Shown: in pieces, positions 41,899 through 49,265 of the stretch
How positions within the stretch are numbered: the first letter of the stretch is position 1
Layout: every line of letters starts with the position of its first letter
Origin: an uncultured Chromatiales bacterium
Lineage (GTDB): Bacteria > Pseudomonadota > Gammaproteobacteria > Chromatiales > Chromatiaceae
Assembly: GCA_965368585.1 (NCBI GenBank)
Contig: CBDUNM010000011.1
Span: 139 to 64,138 of the forward strand
Length of the DNA: 64,000 nt
Reading direction: 5' to 3'
The notes under the pieces: model-generated
The model's input: only the letters and a program-made list of their open reading frames with translations
What the model was told of the DNA's origin: nothing
Databases searched by the model: none
Made by a program: the position numbers and the translations under genes

Positions 41899-43191
41899 AT
41901 GACACAGACGTGCTTCGTATTGATGGGATTCGGTGAAAAGACCGACTACCGGAGCCAGCGGAAACTCAACCTCGACAAGACCTACACGGTCATCCGCAAG
42001 GCGGTGGAGGAAAGCGGTCTGCGGTGCGTCCGCGCGGACGACATCATCCACGCCGGCGTCATCGACAAGCCCATGTACGAGTTGCTGCTGGAGGCGGATA
42101 TCGCCATCGCGGATCTGTCGACTTCCAACGAGAATGCCATCTATGAACTGGGGATACGGCACGCGCTACGGCCCTCCACCACCATCGTCATCGCGGAACG
42201 ACATTTCAGCTTCCCGTTCGACCTCAACCACGTCGTCATCCGACCCTACGAGCACCTGGGCACGGGCATCGATTTCGAAGAAGCGGACCGGCTCAAGTCG
42301 GAGCTCAAACAGGCCATCGACAAGCTGGCGGGGGGCGACGATGTCGACAGCCCGGTCTACACCTTTCTCCCCGATCTCACGCCGCCGTGCCGCGGCAGGA
42401 CAGCGGCCGACGCCGCCCGCCACGTGGACGGCGAACCGGAACCACCGCCTGCACCCGGCCCGCAGGACACCACCTTCACCACCCTGCTGGAAGCATTCCA
42501 CGATGCCCGCACCAAAGACGATTTCGCCGCGGCCCGGATCCTGGTCGCGCAATTGCGCAAGCTGCAGCCCGGCGACCCTTATCTGATTCAACAGCATGCC
42601 CTGAGCACCTATAAGAGCAAGGCACCGGACCAACTCAGCGCGCTGTACGAGGCCAAGAAAATCCTGCACGAAAAGCTCGCCCCGCAGCAAAGCAACGACC
42701 CGGAAACGCTGGGCATCTGGGGCGCGGTTCACAAGCGGCTGTGGGAACTCGAGCAAAGGCTGCCGGACCTCGACGAGGCGATCGCCGCGTACGAGCGCGG
42801 TTTCTACCTGCGGCGCGACTTCTACACCGGCATCAATTATGCGTTTCTGCTTAATACGCGTGCGCCGTATCAGCAAAACCCCCGCGAGGCCATCGCGGAC
42901 CAGGTGATCGCCAATCGCGCCCGACGGCAGGTTCTCTACATCGTGGACGACACCCTGCCGGTCATGCCGCGCGACGCGCAGGGCAGGCCCTCGGATCCTC
43001 ACGAGGCTTACTGGTTGGGCGCCACACGACTCGAGGCGCTGCTCGGGCTTGGGGAATTCCAGGAACTCGAGCAGGCCAAAACCCAGCTCTACGCCACTGC
43101 GCCCGAAGCTTGGATGAAGCAGACCACCGAGGAGCAACTCAGTAAACTGCAGGGGTTGCTGAACGCGGTACCGGCCGCACCGCACGATTGA
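41899..43191 (+). CDS. Orphan two-domain protein: N-terminal nucleoside-2-deoxyribosyltransferase/TIR-like fold plus a C-terminal ASK1-type TPR region (DUF4071 / MAP3K_TRAF_bd-like)
   Basis: ATG at 41899 with GGAGGG 6 nt upstream. N-terminus CFVLMGFGEKTDY...EADIAIADLSTSNENAIYELGIRHALRPSTTIVIA, a Pro-rich linker, and a C-terminal helical repeat with DFYTGINYAFLL. The family is assigned from memory, not from a search. Confidence 0.6.
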   Translation: MTQTCFVLMGFGEKTDYRSQRKLNLDKTYTVIRKAVEESGLRCVRADDIIHAGVIDKPMYELLLEADIAIADLSTSNENAIYELGIRHALRPSTTIVIAERHFSFPFDLNHVVIRPYEHLGTGIDFEEADRLKSELKQAIDKLAGGDDVDSPVYTFLPDLTPPCRGRTAADAARHVDGEPEPPPAPGPQDTTFTTLLEAFHDARTKDDFAAARILVAQLRKLQPGDPYLIQQHALSTYKSKAPDQLSALYEAKKILHEKLAPQQSNDPETLGIWGAVHKRLWELEQRLPDLDEAIAAYERGFYLRRDFYTGINYAFLLNTRAPYQQNPREAIADQVIANRARRQVLYIVDDTLPVMPRDAQGRPSDPHEAYWLGATRLEALLGLGEFQELEQAKTQLYATAPEAWMKQTTEEQLSKLQGLLNAVPAAPHD

Positions 43192-43333
43192 CACCCCCTG
43201 CGGCGCTGCGCGATCGCGCGGCAAATGGCATCAGCCTTACCAGGAGCCGGGCCCTCTCGGTAAACCGAAATCCAACGCGATCAACCGTTCCTAAGGCGTA
43301 CCCAGCCTCCTAGCCTGCATAGCCGGTCGTTCG

Positions 43334-44542
43334 TCAGGCGGCGTCGGGCTTCGGTAAGTCCGCGACGGCTCTGACGCGCGCCTGGTGCAGCGCGTTCTGT
43401 ATCTTTTCGGAAGTCTCGCTGTTGGCAATCGCCGCACTATCGATGCCCGTCACGGCGTCCAGCGCCTGTTGGAAAAAGGCCCGTTGCGGGTAGCGCCGGT
43501 CCTCGAACCCCGTGCGACCGCGAAAATCGGCTTCGCAGGCCAGCAGGAAGCGCGCGAATCGCTCCGGGCGGCGCACCGCATCGGTCCTTTCCAGCACCTT
43601 GACGGTCGTGGCGGCGCGGAGCTCGGTTGCCCGGTGTACATGGCCATGCCACAACGCCGTAATACGAGCCAGATCGGCGATCTTCGTCGGCACGCGGATA
43701 CGCCTGACCAGACGTACCAGCAGCTCCGCGCCGCGCTCCTCGTGGCCGCGATGGCTCGGCAACAAATCGGCCGGCGTGGTGCCCTTGCCCAGATCGTGGG
43801 TCAATGCCGCGAAACGCACATCGACCCGCGGGGAGAGTGCTGCCGCGCAGGTGAGTACCTTCAACACATGCACGCCGGTGTCGATCTCGGGATGCCACCG
43901 TTTGGGCTGCGGTACGCCGAACAAACGGGCAATCTCCGGAAACACCGCGCGCAGCACCCCGGCGGACCTGAGTGTTTCGATGAATCGTGCCGGCGCCGCG
44001 CTCGCGAGCGCTTTTTCCGTCTCGTACCAAACCCGCTCGCCGGCCAGTTCATAAAGGCCTTCCACCACGCTCAGGCGACTCATCGCTTTTTGTGTCTCTA
44101 CCGCCAGGTCGAACCCCAGCGACGCCAGTTCGGCGGCAAAGCGCGCGACCCGCAGCACCCGCAGGGGGTCCTGCAAGAAACTGTCCGCGCTCACCGGGCG
44201 CAGGACCCGGTCCTCGAGATCGCGCCCGCCGCCGAGGGGATCGATCAACTCCCCCGCCGCCGTTTCCGCAATCGCGTTGATCGTGAGATCGCGCCCCTTC
44301 AAGTCATCCTCGATCCGCACTTCGGCACCGGCGGTCGACAAATCACCGCGCTTGCGGCAAGCCAGCGTATGCTCTTCTTTGGTTTCGGGGTGCAGGAAGA
44401 CCGGAAAGGACTTGCCGACGCGCTGGTAACCGCGCGCTACCAGCTGGTCCGCCGTCACACCGACGACGACCCAATCCCGGTCCTTGCAGGGCAGACCCAG
44501 GAGGCGGTCACGAACCGCGCCACCGACGAGATAACGTTGCAT
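43334..44542 (-). CDS. cca: Multifunctional CCA-adding tRNA nucleotidyltransferase (HD domain)
   Basis: YLVGGAVRDRLLGLPCKDRDWVVVG, RDLTINA, ALTHDLGK. Confidence 0.9.
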   Translation of the reverse strand: MQRYLVGGAVRDRLLGLPCKDRDWVVVGVTADQLVARGYQRVGKSFPVFLHPETKEEHTLACRKRGDLSTAGAEVRIEDDLKGRDLTINAIAETAAGELIDPLGGGRDLEDRVLRPVSADSFLQDPLRVLRVARFAAELASLGFDLAVETQKAMSRLSVVEGLYELAGERVWYETEKALASAAPARFIETLRSAGVLRAVFPEIARLFGVPQPKRWHPEIDTGVHVLKVLTCAAALSPRVDVRFAALTHDLGKGTTPADLLPSHRGHEERGAELLVRLVRRIRVPTKIADLARITALWHGHVHRATELRAATTVKVLERTDAVRRPERFARFLLACEADFRGRTGFEDRRYPQRAFFQQALDAVTGIDSAAIANSETSEKIQNALHQARVRAVADLPKPDAA

Positions 44543-44614
44543 AGCGTCGATGGTATCGAAAATCGGGGATCCCGTGACGAATACCGCGGCAAATACTGAT
44601 GCGCGGGCGCGCGG

Positions 44615-45463
44615 TCAGTCAAATCCGCCGTCATCGACAAGCTTGCCGGTTCGGATCAGGGTTTTATCGCGCGTCATATTTCGGCCATAGAACATTTCGA
44701 CCATTTCGCGTCGCAACCGTCGTTCGATCAGCTTTTGCTCGTTCGGCGGTAGGTCTTCGGCGGTCAGCCCGAACAGGTAACGTTCCAGGTGAAAATCCTT
44801 CAGCAGCATTTTTGTGTGGAACAGATTCTCCTGATACACGTTGACGTCGAGCATTTGGTAACGCTCCTTGGTATCCCGCGCGATATAGTTCTGAATAGAG
44901 TTGATTTTGTGGTCGATGTAGTGCTTTTCCCCGTGAATGTCGCGCGTAAATCCCCGTACCCGGTAGTCCATGATCACAATATCCGATTCGAAACTGTGAA
45001 TCAGATAATTCAACGCTTTCAACGGCGAGATGCGACCACAGGTTGCCACATCGATGTCCGCCCGAAAGGTGGAAATACCGTTTTCCGGGTGGCTTTCCGG
45101 ATAGGTGTGCACCGTGATGTGGGATTTGTCCAGGTGCGCAACGATAGCGCCGGGCAGTGGCCCGGGCGATTCGGTATTGGAGATCAACTCCGCCGCGATC
45201 GGTTCCTCCGAGATCAGCATGGTGACGCTCGCACCGTGCGGGTCATAATCCTGATGCGCGATATTCAGGATGTTCGCGCCGATGATCTCAGTGACCTGCC
45301 GCAATATATCGGTCAGCCGCTGCGCATTGTATGCCTCGTCGATGTACCGGATATATTCGCCGTCCTGTGCCGGAGTGGCCGCGTAATTGATGTCGTATAT
45401 ATTGAAGCTCAGCGTCTTGGTGAGATTGTTGAACCCGTGAAGCTTCAAGCGTTCTGTGGCCAT
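44615..45463 (-). CDS. speD: S-adenosylmethionine decarboxylase proenzyme (E. coli type)
   Basis: [23 protein letters not shown]...[49 protein letters not shown] is near-colinear with E. coli SpeD. Confidence 0.93.
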   Translation of the reverse strand: MATERLKLHGFNNLTKTLSFNIYDINYAATPAQDGEYIRYIDEAYNAQRLTDILRQVTEIIGANILNIAHQDYDPHGASVTMLISEEPIAAELISNTESPGPLPGAIVAHLDKSHITVHTYPESHPENGISTFRADIDVATCGRISPLKALNYLIHSFESDIVIMDYRVRGFTRDIHGEKHYIDHKINSIQNYIARDTKERYQMLDVNVYQENLFHTKMLLKDFHLERYLFGLTAEDLPPNEQKLIERRLRREMVEMFYGRNMTRDKTLIRTGKLVDDGGFD

Positions 45464-45794
45464 CGGTGGCGTACCTCACGTTGCACGCAACGATATAAAA
45501 AAGCCGCGAAACTTAGCTCAATAGTGAATTGACGGCAACTACATCGTGCCTGTAGACCCACGACGCACGCGCGTGCAACGGGCGTCGAATGCGTCTCCGC
45601 TACCGCCGTTATGTTTGACGCGTCAATTTGCGTCTGTTTGAAATCAGGTGACAGCCCTGCAAGAAATGTTGTGAACCTCGCAACAGGATTGCTCGTCCCG
45701 CCGCTTGCATGCGCTAAGCTCAGTTCCGCGTAAGTGAAATAAATTCTTCATAATCATTGTGATAGGGCATTCTCATAGCGCCATCAGGTCAGTC

Positions 45795-45810
45795 TGGCAC
45801 GCCTGCTGCA
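45795..45810 (+). promoter_or_regulatory. Candidate sigma-54 (-24/-12) promoter for the small peptide gene
   Basis: TGGCACGCCTGCTGCA, with exact GG-N10-GC spacing, 68 nt upstream of the ATG at 45878. Confidence 0.5.
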
Positions 45811-45877
45811 TTAGTTAACGCCGAGCGCGCAAGCGACGACTTCAAACCTGAACTACAACCCACTGAGGAATACCACC

Positions 45878-46144
45878 ATGAACCTGCAAATCGCCGACCT
45901 GCCGATGAACCAACTGCTGGACCGCAACGCCATGACCGCCCTGAGCGGCGGCTCGATCACCGTCTACAGCCCCTGGAAAACCACGTCTTCGAGCAGCTCC
46001 ACCAGCAACTACAGCAACGGCAGCTACTTCAACTTGTCCAAGAGCATCTTCGGGTGGAAGGTCGTCTACGGCAAGAAGCGCTACGAGTACCGCACCAAGA
46101 CCACCGTGGCACGCCAGCGCCGCTCCAAAACGGTCCTGTTCTAA
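45878..46144 (+). CDS. 88-aa peptide with a double-glycine-type leader (bacteriocin/RiPP-precursor-like)
   Basis: RBS GAGGA 8 nt upstream and GC3-rich codons. Leader MNLQIADLPMNQLLDRNAMTALSGG has hydrophobic residues at -4, -7 and -12. The 63-aa core is Ser/Thr/Tyr-rich and basic. A clean terminator follows. Confidence 0.65.
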   Translation: MNLQIADLPMNQLLDRNAMTALSGGSITVYSPWKTTSSSSSTSNYSNGSYFNLSKSIFGWKVVYGKKRYEYRTKTTVARQRRSKTVLF

Positions 46145-46173
46145 CACCCAGCGACCCACAGGCGCAGTACCGA

Positions 46174-46199
46174 ACGGAGGCCTCGCGCCTCCGTTTTTT
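46174..46199 (+). terminator. Rho-independent terminator of the peptide gene
   Basis: ACGGAGGC-CTCGC-GCCTCCGT followed by TTTTT. Confidence 0.8.
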
Positions 46200-46274
46200 C
46201 CTCGCCGTGCGATCGGCGGTCGCCATCCAGGTGACTGGTTTTCAGCCTCGAGGTGCCTGGCGGTTGGAGCTGGA

Positions 46275-46706
46275 TTAAGCAGATTCAACGAACCGATCCC
46301 GTTCCCAGCGCACGACGGGTGGATGATGGATGATCTGGATCAGCGTGCCGTCGGGGTCGTAGCAGTAAAAACTGCGTGCACCGTCGCGATGGTCTCGCGG
46401 TGTGTTGCGTACCCGCACCCCGTGATCGGTCAGCCAGCCATACCAGGCGTCGACGGCTTGCGGACTCGCCACGAAAAACCCTATGTGGTCGAGACGCTGG
46501 CGGGCTTCATCCCGTCGGATATCCGCGGCAGCCTGGTGCAGCGCGATATTGTCGCGGCCGCCGGACGTCAGGTAAGCATTGCGCTCATCGGGGCGCCACT
46601 CGACGTCCATCCCCATGAGGTCTACATAAAATCGCTCGCACGCCGCCATATCTCTGACAAACAAAGCAACATGACGCATTCCAAACCCGATGTCAGGCCG
46701 TTCCAT
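46275..46706 (-). CDS. VOC family protein (glyoxalase/bleomycin-resistance/dioxygenase fold)
   Basis: 143 aa. MRHVALFVRDMAACERFYVDLMGM...LDHIGFFV...FYCYDPDGTLIQI. Confidence 0.85.
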   Translation of the reverse strand: MERPDIGFGMRHVALFVRDMAACERFYVDLMGMDVEWRPDERNAYLTSGGRDNIALHQAAADIRRDEARQRLDHIGFFVASPQAVDAWYGWLTDHGVRVRNTPRDHRDGARSFYCYDPDGTLIQIIHHPPVVRWERDRFVESA

Positions 46707-46709
46707 GCT

Positions 46710-47126
46710 TCAAACCTCCACGAGCTCGAAATCGTGGGTTATTTCGGCTGTGCGGCCCAGCATTATCGACGCCGAGCAATATTTTTCGGCACTCAGTTTT
46801 ACGGCGCGCTCGACCGCCTTGACCGTCAGGCCTTCGCCGCCTATGCGGAAATGCGCGTGAACGCGTGTGAACACCTTGGGCTCGGTCTCGGCCCGCTCGG
46901 CCGTGAGTTCGACCTCACAAAAAGCGACCGCGTGGCGTCCCTTGGTGAGGATATGGACCACGTCGAATTGCGTGCAACCACCCATCCCGAGCAGCAGCAT
47001 CTCCATGGGCCGGACCGCGAGGTTTCGTCCACCGTGTTCCGGCGGACCGTCCATCGTCACCGTGTGCCCACTGGCGGACTCGCCCACCATCAGCGCGCCG
47101 TCTATCCACTTAACCTTTGCTTTCAT
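46710..47126 (-). CDS. OsmC family protein (YhfA-like)
   Basis: Start at MKAKVKWIDG. RPMEMLLLGMGGCTQFDV, KYCSASIML. Divergent from crp, as yhfA is in E. coli. Confidence 0.88.
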   Translation of the reverse strand: MKAKVKWIDGALMVGESASGHTVTMDGPPEHGGRNLAVRPMEMLLLGMGGCTQFDVVHILTKGRHAVAFCEVELTAERAETEPKVFTRVHAHFRIGGEGLTVKAVERAVKLSAEKYCSASIMLGRTAEITHDFELVEV

Positions 47127-47224
47127 AGTGTTACGTCGTAAAAATTGGACGATGAGGCTAACACAATTCGACAACTATGAGCATTCTGCATAAAATCAAC
47201 GACATAGCATGATAGAGTCTCGTT

Positions 47225-47896
47225 ATGGCAATCACCGACCAGAGTAGCATCATAAAACCACCGCCCAAGGCACCCGATTGGCTTAAGCCGTTTCTCGCGC
47301 ACTGCCATCGCCGGCGCTACCCCGCAAAAACCGACTTCATTCACCCGGGCGACGATTCGGACACCCTATTCTACCTGGTGGCCGGACAGGTGACGGTGCT
47401 GATCGAGGATGAAGACGGCCGCGAAATCATCCTCAGCTACCTCAACAAAGACGAGTTCATCGGTGAAATGGGGATGTTCCTGCCCACCCCGATACGCAGC
47501 GTGATGGTGCGAACGCGCTCGGCGTGCGAACTGGCCGAAATCTCTTACGCCAAACTGGAGCAGCTGTTCGCCGGCGAATTACGCGAGCATGCCACGGCGG
47601 TGCTGTACTCCATGGGGCGGCAGCTGACCGAACGGCTCATGGCGACCAGCCAAAAGGTGGGCCATCTGGCCTTTTTGGATGTCACCGGCCGCATCGCCGG
47701 CACCCTGCTCGAATTGTGTAAACAGCCAGATGCGATGACGCACCCCGACGGCATGCAGATTCGCATCACCCGCCAGGAGATCGGCCGGATCGTCGGCTGT
47801 TCACGGGAGATGGCGGGGCGCGTGCTGAAAGATCTGGAGGAACGCGGCCTGATCGGCGTCAAAGGCAAGACCATCGTGGTCTACGGAACACGCTAG
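47225..47896 (+). CDS. crp: cAMP receptor protein (Crp/Vfr)
   Basis: The [45 protein letters not shown] is almost identical in pattern to E. coli CRP. cNMP domain FIGEMGMF. Confidence 0.93.
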   Translation: MAITDQSSIIKPPPKAPDWLKPFLAHCHRRRYPAKTDFIHPGDDSDTLFYLVAGQVTVLIEDEDGREIILSYLNKDEFIGEMGMFLPTPIRSVMVRTRSACELAEISYAKLEQLFAGELREHATAVLYSMGRQLTERLMATSQKVGHLAFLDVTGRIAGTLLELCKQPDAMTHPDGMQIRITRQEIGRIVGCSREMAGRVLKDLEERGLIGVKGKTIVVYGTR

Positions 47897-47917
47897 CCGA
47901 TACCGGCAGCGCATCGG

Positions 47918-47942
47918 CATGACCCGGTTCCACCGGGTCATG
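47918..47942. terminator. Hairpin between convergent crp and DUF302 genes (possible bidirectional terminator)
   Basis: CATGACCCGG-TTCCA-CCGGGTCATG. There is no clear U-tract. Confidence 0.4.
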
Positions 47943-47965
47943 TACAGTGCTCGTAAAATCGGCGT

Positions 47966-48454
47966 TTACTGGAGTTGCAACATCGCTTCCATCTGCGGCG
48001 CGAGTTCCTCGACCATGGTCAACACGTCACCGCCGTACATAGCGCCCATCATCGCCAGGTTCATCATGGAGACATAGGTCTTACCGTCAGATTTTTCGTA
48101 TACGGCGATGGTGCATGGCATCATCGCCGTCAACTGTTTGTATTCGTCCTTGACCAGCAGCTTGGCCGCCGCGAACGGTTCGCACATCTTGATGACCTGG
48201 TTCTTACCGATATCGACGTCGGTGACGCGCATCAGATTCTGTTGAAAATTGACCTTCCATTTTTTCGGTACTTTCCAGCCTTGATCCTTGGCGTTCGCTT
48301 CGAGCTTTTCCAGCGTTTCCTCGAACCCCAGCGGGCTTTCCCGCTCGATGAGCATTTTCGGCATACTCCCCTGGTCCGCGTGCGCCGTCGTTACCGCCAG
48401 TGCCGCGATACCTACGTAACCCGTCAGAGCAAGTACCAATAACAACTTTTTCAT
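47966..48454 (-). CDS. DUF302 domain protein with signal peptide (second copy)
   Basis: Start at MKKLLLVLALTGYVGIAALA. KMCEPFAAAKLL...MMPCTIAVYE. Confidence 0.75.
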   Translation of the reverse strand: MKKLLLVLALTGYVGIAALAVTTAHADQGSMPKMLIERESPLGFEETLEKLEANAKDQGWKVPKKWKVNFQQNLMRVTDVDIGKNQVIKMCEPFAAAKLLVKDEYKQLTAMMPCTIAVYEKSDGKTYVSMMNLAMMGAMYGGDVLTMVEELAPQMEAMLQLQ

Positions 48455-48544
48455 GAACGTGTTCCTCCGATAACTGAATGGGGTCAATGTTCCCCGTTGT
48501 CGTTTTCTGTTGCCGCCGCAGGTCGGCTTGATGCGACGGCGCCG

Positions 48545-49174
48545 CTATTCTGCCTTTTCAGGCCGGAAATTGAAGTACATCTTTTCGGTTTTTAGCTTGT
48601 ATCCCCAAGGCAGGCCGGCGTTTTTCCAGCCATTGACCACGCGTTTTCCCTGGTGCGGGCCCTGTTTGGCCTTGATGCCTTCGAACCCCTGATACTGCGT
48701 ATACACTTTTGTGTATCCGGCGTCGTACAACGTTCTGGCAGCCACGGGCGATCGCCCCCCGGAGGTGCACATCAGAATAATCGGATCGTCGCGTGTCAGC
48801 GAGCGGGCACTCAACAGATTTGCCACGGCCGGCACGAAATCCGGGTTCTTATACTTGCGGTAGGCGCCGTGGACGCCGTCGTCTTTCTCCTTCCACTCGG
48901 TAGCATCCAGTTGGTAGATCGGGATGTTGGCGTCGGCGACGTCTGAAAATCCAACAAACTGGATCTCGCCTTGGTCGCGCACGTCGATGAACGACACCTT
49001 GTCCGGATTGGCCAGTTTCATAGCGTGGGCTTCTTGCGGATCGACGTACAGGTCGTACGGCGTGTGCCATTTTTCCTGCACATCGGCCTTATCGGCAGCC
49101 GCGACCTGCGCCGTCATGCTCCAGCATAGCGCCATCGCAAACCAACTGATCACACGCACTTTTTTCTGCCCCAT
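48545..49174 (-). CDS. Periplasmic rhodanese-domain sulfurtransferase
   Basis: Start at MGQKKVRVISWFAMALCWSMTAQVAA (ATG 49172-49174). Active-site loop LMCTSGGRS. Confidence 0.85.
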   Translation of the reverse strand: MGQKKVRVISWFAMALCWSMTAQVAAADKADVQEKWHTPYDLYVDPQEAHAMKLANPDKVSFIDVRDQGEIQFVGFSDVADANIPIYQLDATEWKEKDDGVHGAYRKYKNPDFVPAVANLLSARSLTRDDPIILMCTSGGRSPVAARTLYDAGYTKVYTQYQGFEGIKAKQGPHQGKRVVNGWKNAGLPWGYKLKTEKMYFNFRPEKAE

Positions 49175-49265
49175 TGAATCTTCATCGGTCAATAACCCTG
49201 AACTATCCACTATTTTTGACGCAACTTTGCTTCGCCGCGTCGCCGCGCTATGCTCGGCGTCCATC

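Noticed and set aside
45842-46288. 148-aa minus-strand ORF overlapping the small peptide gene.
   Set aside because: It is antisense to an ORF that has its own RBS, promoter and terminator. Its translation is low-complexity Gly/Ala/Arg-rich, and the terminator hairpin lies inside it.
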